Below are positions 17,564 through 54,229 of a stretch of 64,000 nt of DNA, in pieces. This DNA is from Lama guanicoe (lineage: Eukaryota): assembly GCA_013239625.1 (NCBI GenBank), contig MU055355.1, forward strand, positions 945,014 through 1,009,013, read 5' to 3'. The first letter of the stretch is position 1; the number at the start of each line of letters is the position of its first letter. Both the position numbers and the translations under genes were made by a program. Under the pieces are notes generated by a model. That model saw nothing but the letters and a program-made list of their open reading frames with translations. It was not told the DNA's origin and did no database searches.

Positions 17564-18953
17564 CTGGTAATGACAGTGAGAAGAGAGCGGTCGGTGAGGG
17601 CCAGTCCCTGGCCAGGTCCTCTCCCAAGGCCCCTAGGTGCATCACTCCAGGCGACACCTTTCTCAGAGAAACTAATGCACATGGTGCCCCTGGAATGGTA
17701 CACTGAGGTAACCTTGCCTCTTATAAGGCCTCCCAGATCATCTATAAGGCCAGCCATACCTAATCTATCCAAACCATGGTATCCAGAGGCTTTCCAGACT
17801 CATGTTTTACAAGTTGAAGACAAGGAATTCAGTCACAGACAAGAGCCCTCAGATATAAGCTGCAATTAAGTATAAGCCTACATGCCTTTCTCAGAGGCTT
17901 CATCCATCCGCCTTCTACATATAGAAGGAGGACATCCCACTACTTTGAAACAGGGATATGCAAAAGTATGACACGTAAATTTTCCCCTCAAGAAGCTTTC
18001 AGTCTAAGAAGTAAGATGACTAGACTGAATTGTCAAGAATAATTATAGGAGGTGCAGACTGTTTGTAGCTGAGCGCAAGTAAGGTTTTTCTGATGCCAAA
18101 AGACTATTATACTGGGCCCTGGATAGAATCTACATAATGCAGACTGAGAGGAAAGGGGACTGTAGACAAAGCAAACAGGGTGCCAAAGAAGCGGAGATAA
18201 GAAGGCTTTGGGAGCGCATGTTTTGGGATTAGGGAATAGTTCTATTTGACTAGGAAGAGGTGCCACATTAAGACTTTGTTTTATAGACATCATGAAACCA
18301 CGCGTAGTTTCTGAGAAAAAGAGGGACAGAGTTTTGTGTTTTCAATGTACCACTTTGACAGGAGTAAAGAAATCTGTCCAAAAAAGAAACTTGTTGAGAG
18401 ACCATTACAACAGTCTAGGTGAGCATCTATCAGCAAAGACCTGATCTAGAGAATACACAGGAAAAAGTAAATAGAGGAAATTACTTCAAAGGAAGAATAA
18501 AGGTGACTTGGCAAATATTTGGTTGTGCAAATAGCGGAGAAGACGGAGATGAGACTTTAATTCCAAACACACAAGAGAACTGAATGTAGTCAGTCCTATT
18601 TGGAAGACCAAGATTAGAATGGTAAGGTAATAACTTCAATTTGGGATACGTAAGGTTATCAATACGAGACTAGACGGAACTGGAAAAACCGAGCTTGGGG
18701 ATCACCAGCTCTTAGGTAGTACTAAAAGCCATAAGAAAGGAAGACAACTCCAAGGCAGACTACATAGAAAAGAGACAAAAGAAAGTACAAACCAAGACTT
18801 GGGAAAGTCCACCTCTGAAGCTACACTGAGAGGTGATATGTCTCCAGGTGGGAGGCAGAAGAACACCCCCACCCCCATCCCCTCACTCACCCCAGGTGTT
18901 CTCAGAGTGTAGAGTCTTTGAAAGTTTGGGCCATGCCCACACACACTCCCTCA

Positions 18954-19085
18954 NNNNNNNNNNNNNNNNNNNNNNNNNNNNNNNNNNNNNNNNNNNNNNN
19001 NNNNNNNNNNNNNNNNNNNNNNNNNNNNNNNNNNNNNNNNNNNNNNNNNNNNNNNNNNNNNNNNNNNNNNNNNNNNNNNNNNNNN
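18954..19085. other. Assembly gap (132 N)
   Basis: Run of N. Confidence 1.
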
Positions 19086-19474
19086 AGGATTCACACGCCG
19101 TCCACACAGAACCCAACCCCATCCCTCCAGGCCTACCTACTCCTGTCTTTTGCTTCTCCCTACCCCTTGCTTAAACCAGGCTGCTGTCCAAGCCCCCGCC
19201 GTCGGGATCAACCAGCATTCCCTTCTCTCTCCAGGAATCACGGATACCAGCACCTTGGGACACCATGTGGCCCGGGAAGGGAGAAACACTCTCTCCGTCG
19301 CGAAGACGATGGCACCAGACCCCCCTACCTCGCTGGGGTTATATGGCAATCGCGGGGTCTGAACAGCAGAGGAAGCACTGGAACCCGCGCATCGCTCTTA
19401 GAGCAACGAAAAGGTTAAGAAGAGAGAAGGAGCTCCGAAAAAAGGGGCGAAGGCTGAGAAAGAGAAGGCCTTAC

Positions 19475-19734
19475 CTGAGGGGGCGGCAACCGGGGCCCCG
19501 ACGGTCTCGGGCGGCGCCCGCGCGGGCAGCGGATTGCGGGCTCAGAGCGATGACGCAGCGAGGGGCGGAGAACGCGGTAACCAGGGCGGCCCGCGGCGCG
19601 CACACTTCCGCCCGGCCTCCCACCAGCTTAGGCCCGCCCCTCGGCGGGGAGTGTGCCGGAAGTTGCCTTCACTTCCGCCCATTTGGGCTACCCCTGACAC
19701 TTCTGGGCTGCACGGCAGCTGCCGTGGCTGCAGG
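19475..19734. promoter_or_regulatory. NELFE/SKIV2L bidirectional CpG-island promoter
   Basis: CpG-rich with no TATA. ETS/GABP motifs ACTTCCG 19604-19610, CCGGAAGT 19656-19663 and ACTTCCG 19671-19677, plus GC boxes, between head-to-head first exons. Confidence 0.8.
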
Positions 19735-29591
<9,857 letters not shown>

Positions 29592-29751
29592 ATGACCCCT
29601 GTGTAAAATGTAACAATAAAACAGCAAACCACCTGTGTGAACCTGAGGTGTCAGGCAGGGATGACTCAGCTCAAAAGACACAGCAGGGAGAACCACCTAG
29701 GAATATGCCTTTATCTATGCACACAGAAACAGGACCAGCCCCTGAGAAGCA

Positions 29752-31537
29752 TCAGTCCTTTGGGGAGGGTGTCTTGGGGGGTGACAGGAGGTCCTGGGTC
29801 ATGGCTTCGACATACCATGTAGGTAGAAAGGCATGCGGTGCATCTCGATGTTCAGACACTGTGACTGGGCCACCAGGCTCCCAGGAGAAGAGGTAGACGA
29901 GTCTAGGGGGCAGGTGGAGTCATGAGTTGAGGACTGGAGGCCGAGCTTCAGGGACCCAGAGGGGAGGGGCAGAGCTGAAGGCCTCACCTGGGGTCGTCCT
30001 GGACAACTGTGTTCTGGGCAAAGCTAAGGAAGGCAGCACAGAAGTTCATGCACACTGAGGGATTCCAGCCATCACGGTCATTCTGGAGAGGGACCAGGAG
30101 GCAGAAGACTGGCAGTGAGGGAGAGGGTGGGAGAAGGGGAAGGTGCACTGCAGCCCTGGACACCGGACCTGTGGTCTTGGCTCAGGGGAGTATGGGCAGG
30201 AGCTGTGACACCATTGCCTTACCCTGACGTATTCAAACATCTCCATGGTAGGAAAGGTCTTGAGGGAACAGACGAAACCCTCTGGGTTACGGAAACCAGC
30301 AATGACATTTGGGACCCCCGGAAGGAATGACTGAGCCCACCATTTCAGGAGCTTGTGTCTGTCAGGAAAGGCAAGGGGTCAGTGGGACTTCTCCAGCCTC
30401 ATCCAAGTCCCTTTCCCAGCTGTCAGTTCTAGGCTCTTGTCCACCCCACCCCTCATCCTGAACCTGTAGAAGCTCTTCCATTGGCCAGGGCTGTGCATTT
30501 CCTTGGAGGTCTTGAGCTCCACATAGCAGGTAGGGGGCTGCGTGGATGGGGCCTGGGGGTCTATGCAGTCTACCTCCCCAGAGAAGAGCAGTGGGTGGTT
30601 CCCCAGACGGCTGCGTAGCACAGAGCAGAAGGCCACGTTGGTGTTAACCTCCCCAGAGGGGTCTGGGGAGCCTCCGGGTTTGTCTGCATAAGGAGAGAAA
30701 CATCAGCAGGGCTGGGGGTTCTCAGTCTCTGGGGAAAGGGGAGGGCGTTCCAGAGCCAGGACAACTCTCACCTGCACACATGTACTGCTCGAACTTGTAC
30801 CCCATGTACATAAGCTCCCGGAGGAGAGGTGGCCGGGTAAGCCTCTGAACTCGAGCAGCTGGCGTCTCTACCTCACTCAGGTACAGTGTCCCCTGGAACC
30901 GGGAGGCTGCCAGCTGCCAGCCCTCCTGCCGCTCATACGGTGTTGTCAGCAATTTTGTCAGGTGCCCCCGCCATGTCACTATGGCCCCTGGGCGCCAGTC
31001 TGGACTCCTGAGAGGGAAGAATTAGGGGCTGAAGATCTGACACAAGCATTAGCGCAGATGGCTCCCCCAAAGAATAGCCTAAGTTCCTTCTAAGGATTGA
31101 GCTCACTCCAGCTTTGGCTCTCCCAGTTTTAGAGGGCAGGTGCAGGTCTATAGATCTACTTGCGTGCTATGCTTTGCTCACCCCTCCAGCTGGCCTCGGT
31201 GCTCCAGGAGCCAGCGTAGCAGGTGGTCCAGCCTCTCTTGGACCTCCTCGTCCCGGGGCTGGTATCGATCTGGGTATCCGTCTCTGAGGTCAAAGTTGGG
31301 TCCTTGTCCATTGGTCGGGGGTGGGCTGTAGTAGCGCAAGGCTCGAGCATCTCCATGGTACTGGCGTTGTGCATCCAGGGAGAAGCAGCCCAGTTCAGAA
31401 GGGCGTCGGTAGAAAGGAAAGGGTCCAGAGTAGAGGGCAGGGTCTGTGGGCAGTGAGGGTGCTGGGCGGGGGACTTTGTTCCGAGGCTCAGCTACCTCTA
31501 TTTTTCCAGCTCCTCTCTTGGTCCCTCTGGGCTCCAT
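29752..31537 (-). CDS. DXO: Decapping and exoribonuclease protein (DOM3Z), 6 coding exons, 397 aa
   Basis: Minus-strand exons 31537-31182, 31007-30772, 30683-30464, 30358-30223, 30082-29988, 29902-29752 (TGA) sum to 1194 nt. Motifs TWRGHLTK, GYKFE, GEVD...ELK, KWWAQSFL. Probable upstream non-coding exon donor at 31791/31792. Confidence 0.97.
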
Positions 31538-31791
31538 GAGGTCCTGAGAAGGGCTGGGTAAGTTCCCCTTTTACAGAGGAGGCCTGAGGAAGGGGGACTC
31601 CAGGTCAGGACTAAGTGAGACTCTTGATGGCCAGACTCTGGCCTTGAAACAACCAGGCACCATCTCCTCAAACAGAACCATGGCCAGATGCACATCTCAC
31701 CTTTTCCCTTGACCTATCCCCCCACCCCCAGGTCCTCCAAACGCAGTGAGGTTAGAAAGGATGTTTGGGCTCAGATCAAGGATCTGGTTAC

Positions 31792-32315
31792 CTCAAAGCC
31801 TGCCAACCTCGACTTCCACCTTCGCGGAGCTATGACGTCATGGCAGGTACGTCAGATGTGGGAGAGGGATGCCAAGGTGGTTTTCCAGCTTTCGATGACG
31901 CAATCATTCAGCGACAGTGGCAGGCAAACTCCTCTGGGGTGAGGTGGGGGGGGTGGTCTGTGCGCTTTACACCAGCAGGTTGATCTCAACGTGGCCACCG
32001 GCGCCCCTCCTCACTGCCTGGGCGTCCCCGGACGTGAGTGCGCTCGGACGAAGCCAATCAGCGGCGGCCGTGGAGCCTCGGCCAATGCGGGTGGTGCTGG
32101 TATTCGCATTGGCACCGCCCCTCCCAGCAAGGGCCCGCGATGACAAGTCGACGCCTCTTTGGTCACCACGTCGTTTTACTAACACCGGGCTGACGGGTCT
32201 CCCAGGAGGGACGCCCACGGAGCCCGTACGTCACTGCTCTGCGCCGGAAGACTCTCTTTTCGTGTTCTCTTCTCTCAACAGCTACCTCTTCCCCGGTACA
32301 GTAAGATCCCGGGAT
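31792..32315. promoter_or_regulatory. DXO/STK19 bidirectional CpG-island promoter and 5' exons
   Basis: CpG-rich. CRE ATGACGTCAT 31832-31841; CCAAT boxes 32054-32058, 32082-32086 and 32108-32112 (ATTGG); head-to-head genes. Confidence 0.75.
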
Positions 32316-35300
32316 ATGAGCCGGAAGAGGCATCGCCTGGTCCCGGAGCCCTTTGGACTGAAGAGGCGGCGGGAACGAGGGGATGTAGAGGTCGATTCAT
32401 TGCGGGGCGAATCAGGTAACCATGGCAACCCCGGGGCGAGGCTAAAGACCTCAGCTGGGAGCGGCCTCGCCTCCGGTAACCCTGTATGTTGGGACAACAG
32501 CGCCTCCCAGAGTCGTACCCGCGCTTCCCTTCGCCCCAGTTCACGTCTCAGTGGCTCGGTCTCTCCGCTCAGGGTCTGCGCGCGCGGCCGTCGCGGAGCT
32601 AGTGCGGCTGTTCCCACGAGTCCTGTTCGAGGATGCGCTACCGCCCATCGTGTTGAGGAGCCAGGTCTACAGTCTCGTGCCCGACCGAACTGTGGCTGAC
32701 CTGCAGCTGGTGAGGGGCGTCAGAGCGACCGACGGAAAGCGCTTACTTGCCTCGAGGGCACTTCCGATGTTCCCTATCACTCAGTCGGTCGGCCCACTAT
32801 TCTGCCATTCAGCAAGCGTTGGGTCTTTCTGGACCAGACATTGTGCCAGGCACTGTGGTCCCAAGGAGAATGCTGCAGACCCTCCAGCAGTAGAGACCAT
32901 GCCAAATCATGACGGTGGAAGAGCGAAGCTTTTGGGGAAACTGCCTCACCGGGCATGGTTCGAGCCTACAGCGCTGGGAATGCAGGCAGGCGTCAGATTA
33001 GGACAGGCCTTGTACAACAGTGTTGTTTCCATCTTACATTTAAAGCAATGAGCTGGCAGAGAATGTTAAACAGGAGAGGCAGCGGTGTGTTGCATAGATT
33101 GGAGGTAGTGAGGTGAGGCAGGGAGGTCAACCAGGAAGTTATTGCAGCTGAGGATTGGTGGAGGACTGGTGAAGGCCTGAATGAGGTCAGTGTAGTGGGA
33201 GGGAGAGGATGGGTGAGGGTGAGTGATGTGGAGAGTGGGAAGTGGGAGGAATCAAGGAAATTCTGAGATTTTCTGGATGACTGAGTGATTAGAGTAGAAG
33301 AATATTGAATTGTTTGTTGGGGGCAGATGATGTGTTTAATTTTGTTCAAGTTGAGTTGGAGGTGCTGCTGGAGCATGGAAAGCCAAATGTGCTTTAGACA
33401 GCTGGAGAGAATTCTGGGTCAGTGATATAGAGGAAGTCGAGCTGTGAGTAGTGGTTCAGTCTCTGGATGTGGGTGAGATCTATAGGAAGTGAGGAGTTTT
33501 ACAAACTTTAGAAGATAATGAAAGCTATGGCGTTCTTTCTCTAGAAAAACGCATGTATGTCCTATATATATGTCATATATATATGTGGTGTATGTATAAT
33601 TTGGTGGGGAGGGGGTTGTTTCACAGATCTGAGATCAAAGGTTTAAGGACCCTAGGTTTGCAGTGAAAGATAACAGAGCCAAATCCCCATTGCTGGGAGA
33701 TACCAAAACTTAAGGCAGTCTTTCTCAAAGTATGTCTTTAGTTCTACCTGTACCAGAATCACCAGGACTACTTATTCAAAAATACCTGGGACTCACTCTA
33801 TGCTCATGAATGAAGATTTCTTGGGCAGGACCTGGGAATCTATATTTTTAAGCTGCTGCCCCAGGTAATTCTTAATGGGCCTTAAAATTTGAGATCCACT
33901 GATACAAGGGGAAAACAGAGAAAGACGAGTCTGTGAAAGAGGCTGAGAAGGAATTGTCATTAGGAGGAACCCAGGAAGAGGCCTATTGAGAAAGGAGAAA
34001 TTTTCAAGAAGGTGGAGTAGTTGGCCGTGTTAGCATCTGTGATTCAAGGCAGTGGTATGTGAAGAGGTCAAGTAAAATAATACCCAATTGGATTTAGCAG
34101 ATAGCAGGTTATTATGACAACCTGTCAGGAAGAAAAGAGGGAAGAAAAGGAAGATGGGGACTTGCTCCAGTCTCTTAAGGAAACGAGTCACAACCACTCC
34201 TTAGAGTATTTGGTTGTTTTTAACCTCCTGGTGTTAGCCTAAATTTTAGGAAAGCTTTTAAAGTTGCACAACAGAAAATATAAACACAAAATTTAAAAGA
34301 ATGTTTATAAAGGAAATACCTATTTAACCATCACCCAAGTCAGACTGTAGGACACGGCCACAGCCTGCATATATTGTTCTCTGATCAAAATGCCTTATGT
34401 CCCAGGAGGTAACATACCTGACTGGTATGAAAATGTTTCCCTTGATTTTCTTTATACCATCTATGTGTTTATCCATAAACAACATGCTTAGTTTTACCCA
34501 CTTTTGAACTTGATTATAAACAAAGTCATACCGTATGTGTTGGTTTATATTTTGTTTCATTAGATGAATATTTTTGAGATTCATCCAGATTGTTGCATGT
34601 AGCTATAGTTACTTTCATTTTCATACACTTCCCTTTTATGAATGTACCCTTTTCTGTCCATTCTGGTGGAAGAAATTATATTTTCTAGGAATTTGTCAAT
34701 TTCATCTAAATATTCAAATTTATTGCTGTAAGGTTTATAATCTCATTTTATTGTCTGTAGAATCAGCAGAAAAGATCCTTTTTTCATTTTCTATATTGGT
34801 CATCTGTGCTTTTTCTAGGCTCCCCCATCCATTTTTCTCGGTCAGTCTCACCAGGGTTTCCCAGTTTTAATAGTCTTTCAAAGAATTAACTTTTAGCTTT
34901 GTTGCTGTCTCTTGAATGCATGTATTCTGTTTCATTCATGTTTCCTCTGTACTGTTGGGTTTATCTTACTTTTTTTTTTCCCATTGATTTTCATCCTCTA
35001 TTCTTTTCTAACAGATGGGTGTCAGGCTGTAGTTTCCCCCTAAGTATTGACATATGTCTATGTCAGTACCTATATCTGTATCTACCAAGTTTTAGTATAT
35101 GTTTTCATCAGCTTCTAATTTCCTTTGTGATTTTTTTTCTTTGACTCATTGGGTTGATTAGAAGTGTATGACTTACTTTCTAACCATTTTCTTATTACCT
35201 TATTGTTGCCGATTTCTGGCTTAAATGATATTGTGACAGAGAACAGACACGATATTATGATTTTAGTCATTCGAAACTTACTGAGATGTGCTTCGTGCAA

Positions 35301-38300
35301 TATAGTCAGTTTTGCTAAATATTCTATGTATATTTGAAAAGAATATGGATTTTTCACTTATTAATTTCTTAGTAACTAAAATTATTATTGAAATCTTTTA
35401 TTTTCCCACTGATTACTGTATCGTCTGTTTGTTCTATGAGTTTATGCAAGTTGGATTAATGTACTTTTGTGATTGTGGATTTGTTATTGGTACTTCAGAT
35501 ATTTCCCACACCTCATTATTGCTTTTCTTTCTTTATGGGACTCCAACTAAACATAAAGTGGATCATCTCTTTGTATCCTTTAAGTCTCTTAGCCTCTTGT
35601 CTGCATTTTCAGTGTTTTTGACTACCTTTATCATATTCTGGTTGGTTTTTAAAAAATCTGTTTTCCAGATTAATAGCTTTTTATTTAGCCATGCCTTAAT
35701 CTACTAAGCCCATTCATTGAGTTCTTAATTGCACCTGCTTTATTTTTGAGTTCTAGAATTTCTACTGAGATGTCTTTGAAGTCCATTATGTCAATTTTTA
35801 TAATTTTGTGCTGAAATTTTCCATCTTGGCTTTTATTTATTTTAGCATTATAAGCATAGTTTTTAAAAAAAAGCCTGTCTTTGGTAATTTCACTATACCA
35901 TGTCCTTTTAGGTTTGTTTCTATTGTCTGTTTCTTTTTTGAGTTTTGTTTCCTCGTGCCCAGTTAATTTTGACTATGTGTTGGATGGATTTGCCTAAATC
36001 ATCAAATGCACTCTGTGTCCCAATTTCTTCTGTGAGCTCTTGTTTTCACGTAGATACTATATTAGTCTGGTAATTCCTTATTACCTTGTGAGCTCTTTAA
36101 TACTTAAACAATTTTAAAAATAATATTTTATCCAGAATTTTATATAATTTTCAGCGAGTGAGTTGGTCTTACTGTATTCCTGCAAATGGAAGTCCCAGTT
36201 TATTTTTGTTTTAAACATTTTCTCCCATATTCCTCCCCACCTTCCCCCACCCAAAATCTAGACTGTTCATTCCTTGAGGGCAGGGCCTGTGTCTTAATTG
36301 CTATTTTATCAGACAGATAACTGATGAGGTGAGTGGATGGAAAACTAATTGGAAAATGCTATTTGATGATCACCTGATTCTCTCACCATAATTTTTCCTT
36401 TACTTAGGGAGAAACTCCCCAATGCTTGCAAACAAAATCTCCCTGCCCAGAAGTTTCCAAAGTATAGCAGAGCATCTTACCCTGATACCCTTCTTTTTAT
36501 TCTCATCTCTCTGGAGATAGAAGGCACTTCAAGAGCAGGGGGAGATCAGAATCGTCCAGCTAGGCTTCGACTTGGATGCCCAAGGAATTATCTTCACTGA
36601 GGACTACAGGACCAGAGTGCGTGTGACTGTGTTTGTGTCACTGAGGCCGGGGGAGGGGGGTGCCGAGAAATTCGGGAATGCACATGTTAAAAAAAAGAGA
36701 CAATTACCCCACCTCAAATCTTACTGAGAAGGCACAGGGCTCTGGTTAATTATTAGTATGAGGAGGAGGAAGAGTATGAGAGGGAGAAGGACTTGAGCAG
36801 AAGGGAAAACATAGGAAGAGACATGTTGTCGTGGGTTCGGAGATTGGTGGAGGGTGAAAGTGGGGCCAGACCACATCTCTCACTTCTGGTTCCAGGTCCT
36901 CAAGGCTTGTGATGGGCGCCCCTATGCTGGCGCAGTGCAAAAGTTTCTGGCTTCGGTGCTTCCAGCCTGTAGCGACCTTAGCTTCCAGCAGGACCAAATG
37001 ACACAGACCTTTGGCTTCAGGGACCCAGAAATCACGTGAGACCTGGGGGACCAACAGAATCAGGCATCTGGCCTATCCCTCCCTCCCTCCAGCCCTATCC
37101 AGCCTTGTCCTCTTCTTTTTGGTGAACTAAAGTTCAAATAAAATGACCTAAGTTTATGTTTCCCCAAGAGAAGAGGCCTGTCTTACCTGGGGCCTTGGAA
37201 AGAGCCCTGGAGTAAAATTCAGGAGATCTGAGTGGCTAATCAGATACAAAGGGAGGTCTGACAGGAACCATAAAGGCCAGATGTGAATTGTGCTGAAACC
37301 AAGAAACTAGAGGATGGTAGGGACTCTGATGCCCCGAAAGCATTCACGTTCAAAAGAACAGCAACCAAGCAAGGGCTAAGTAAGAATATCATTTCAGGAG
37401 CCTGTGTCTGGCTCAAGCTCCCTGCTTCGTAACCCATGGTAGACGTGAAAGCATTTTACACTCCTTTTCAGTACAATGTGGGAAGAGCTATGGTAAGGTC
37501 TGCGTAGGTAGTGGCAGGAGCCTTGTTTCTCCCCTGGTGGTGGGACTGAGTGCGTTGGGGCATGTAGTCAAGGAGGGCTTCCGAGAGAAGCTGTCTTAGT
37601 GAACGTGTAATAGTAACAGGAAAAGAAGGAGTTGGGGGAGGGCAGTCAGGGAGGAGAATGGAGCGAGCAAGAGCACGGGGCACTGAGCAGCATGGTGTGA
37701 GCAGAGAACTGCCCCAGGTGGGCTTCTCTTATTCAGTCTCCTTGTGTGGGTACCCAGGCTTCTGGAGACTTAGTGTCCAAAGATGACCAGGTGAGGAGGA
37801 GAGAGGGTTCTTAGAGCCAATGCCTCATTTCTCCCGCCTCAGGCAGCTGGTGAATGCTGGAGTCCTCACTGTCCGAGATGCTGGAAGTTGGTGGTTAGCT
37901 GTGCCTGGAGCTGGGAGATTCATCAAGTATTTTGTTAAAGGTAGCCTGTCTGCAGCTAAAGCCCGCAGCCCCTCAAGAATGCCTTTTGGTGACTCCTCAG
38001 GCCTCCAGGCCTCACTCACCTTTCCCCTCTCCTGTGCCACCTCTCCTCCAGGGCGCCAGGCTGTCCTTGGCATGGTCCGGAAGGCCAAGTACCGGGAGTT
38101 ACTCCTTTCGGAGCTCCTAGGCCGGCGGGCACCTGCTGCGGTGAGACTTGGCCTCGCCTACCACGTGCATGACCTCATTGGGGCCCAGCTGGTGGACTGG
38201 TGAGTCTCGCCCCCAGTGTCTGGCAGATGACGGGTCCATGACCCAAAGGTTGGATTCCCCCCGACTCACTCTTCATTCAGTAGTGAAGAAGCCTAGCTCC

Positions 38301-38446
38301 TCTCTCATTCTCTGGAACCCAGGCACCTCTGTGGCCGAGTTCTGAGTTCCCCCCAGACCCTGGGCCTAGGCATCTGGCTCAAGCCTTGTCTCTCTTGCAG
38401 CGTCTCCACCACTTCTGGAACCCTCCTCCGCCTGCCGGAGACGTGA
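32316..38446 (+). CDS. STK19: STK19/WHR1 (RP1, winged-helix transcription-coupled repair factor), 7 coding exons, 254 aa
   Basis: Exons 32316-32415, 32573-32709, 36521-36616, 36896-37035, 37843-37940, 38052-38199, 38401-38446 sum to 765 nt. Starts MSRKRHRL; contains LVNAGVLTVRDAGSWWLAVPGAGRF; ends TSGTLLRLPET*. AATAAA at 38785-38790 and 38914-38919. Confidence 0.95.
33715..33902. mobile_element. MER5-like hAT DNA transposon remnant
   Basis: CAGTCTTTCTCAAAGT..AGAATCACCAGG..CCTGGGAATCTATATTTTTAA..CCCCAGGTAATTCT..AAATTTGAGATCCACTG, with CAGT/ACTG inverted ends. Confidence 0.65.
34250..36190 (-). mobile_element. Old, fragmented L1 (antisense) in STK19 intron 2
   Basis: About 2 kb T-rich block with antisense L1 3'-region phrases (TTTTTGAGATTCATCCA..TTGTTGCATGTAGC, TCTTTTCAAAGAA-like) and no intact ORF. 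Confidence 0.7.
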
Positions 38447-39319
38447 GGATTCTGCTCGTCATGGCAACCTTCCCCAGAGTGGGGAGAGGGGGGCCCAGGA
38501 GTGCTGAGATGGGGTCACCTTGGGAAGGCTCGGGAGCCACGATGAGTGTTGGGCTTGCATCCGTGCAAAGGGTCAGATGTGACTGCTGCTGTTTACCTGG
38601 GGTTTCGGCAATGCTCCTTTGCCCTTTCACTGAAGTGGAACCAGAAACCGGGCCAAGGCCATGGCCGCTGCCTTTCATGCAGTGAGGTGCCGCTGCTCTG
38701 TCTTGACATGGGAAGGAGGGGTTCCTGGGGAGGCTGGTGAAGGACAGCAGGGTTCTTCCCCTATATGTTGGCTTGAAACTGCCAAATAAAGTATTTCTGC
38801 CTGTGATATTTGCTGGATGTCTTTTGTTTAACGTGACAGGTGTGTCCAGGTGCCTCATTTGGGGATAGAGGTAAAGCCAAACTTGGGCCTGAGCTTTGCC
38901 TCTTGGTTCAGAGAATAAAAAAGGACACTGAGTTCAATTCCCCTCACGGGGTGGTGAGGGTGCGCCTGATCTCCTAAACCACAGAGTTTCTGTTAAAGCC
39001 TACAAAAAGCAAAAACTTCGCGTAGTTGTTTTTGTGGGGGTTATAGCGAGAGGCAGGTGTCTAAGTACCTTGCTTTGTTAAGACCGACAAAGGAGTCAAG
39101 CGGCTCAGCAAGCAGCTGGGCCCTCGTGCACCCATGTACGTGTATACGTGCTGTACTCGAGCATGTGTATGCTTACACACACCCAGATAGACCCAGTAGC
39201 GGGAGGTGCCCAGGAAACTGGGATGAAAGGGGTTAACAGGGAAGGACTGGCTATCTCTCTGGGCCATGATTTCCTCAGACTCCCTCAGAGACCCAGGTGT
39301 CCCGGGTGCCCCCCCCCTA

Positions 39320-39484
39320 ATACTGGGCCTGGGGCCAGTTGCAGTTCTTGGCTGTCACGTGCTTTCCCGACTTAGCTGGGCCAGGGGAGGAGCAAGGTCC
39401 AGAGTCAAATATGCTCCAAGCCCGAGGTTGACCAGAAGGGAGCAGGCAGACAGACGGGTCTGATCCCTCTGAGGTGCTCCAGCC
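39320..39484 (+). promoter_or_regulatory. C4 TATA-less proximal promoter with E-box
   Basis: GTCACGTG at 39354-39361 about 125 nt before the ATG; flanking TGG..CCA NF-1-like half-sites. Confidence 0.6.
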
Positions 39485-53307
<13,823 letters not shown>

Positions 53308-54229
53308 CGGCTGCCCTCCCGCCTGCCCCGGGAGGAGCCTGAGCCAGGGAAAGCTCACGCCTGGATGGGTGCTGTGCCTGGTCCCCTGAACATAGCCCCA
53401 GGCAGGACCGGGGACTCAATAAAGGCCTTTGGCAGCAAAGTGTCAGTGTGCCTCTCCAGGGCTGGGACCAGTATCCCCACCGCCCCTTCCAGGTTTGGGG
53501 GGCCCAGGCCAGGGGTTGCATAATCTTAGGCTGTCAGAGCTGAGGTGACCCTTGCAGTGTCCAGCTCTGCCTGAACCCTACCCCACACCCCCACAGATGA
53601 CTCCCTCGGAGCTCAGTCTCTCATAGGACCACCCCAAGCAGACTTGTGACCCAACAGATCACCCTGCACTCTGGGGATCCAATGTCCACACCAAGGCCTC
53701 CCTTCCACTGTGCCTGCAGGGCCCTCCCTGCGCCCAGGCAGTCCGTCACTGCAGCCTTCGGCGGGGCTCGTGCTGACCAGCACCTCAGCCCTTCTGCCTC
53801 GGGAGCAGTGTCCAGCCACACGTCTTCCACTCTGGCATCATGCAGCTGGCAGTCGAGACCTGGCCCGTTTGGGACTCAATCCCTTAATTAGCCGCATTAT
53901 GTAACTCTCCCAGAAGGTTGTGCAATCTTCAGGTCAATGATGTCTGCATCTAGAGGCTGATTTTAAACAAACCAAAAGGCCGACTTTGGTGTATTTGTTA
54001 ATTCTCTGCAGGGACTGCTATTCTACTGGGGTCAACCCTTGCCACCTGCCTGTCCGGCTCTTCCCATTGGGTGGCACTCCTTGGGTCTTCAAGGCTGACC
54101 TAGATGTTCATTGAAAAATTTGCTGAAGATTGGCTAATAAAGCAAGAGCCTACAAGAGACCCACTTTAGGGTGAAGGACACACATAGATTGAAAGTGAGA
54201 GGATGGAGAAATTTGATGAGTAATTTTGA

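Noticed and set aside
31917-32699. 260-aa ORF as the STK19 N-terminus
   Set aside because: It has a non-ATG start, crosses the promoter and intron 1, and is open because of CpG-island composition. The spliced 254-aa model from 32316 closes in frame.
34574-35707. Hydrophobic F/L/I-rich ORFs resembling membrane proteins
   Set aside because: Translation artefacts of T-rich antisense L1 remnants.
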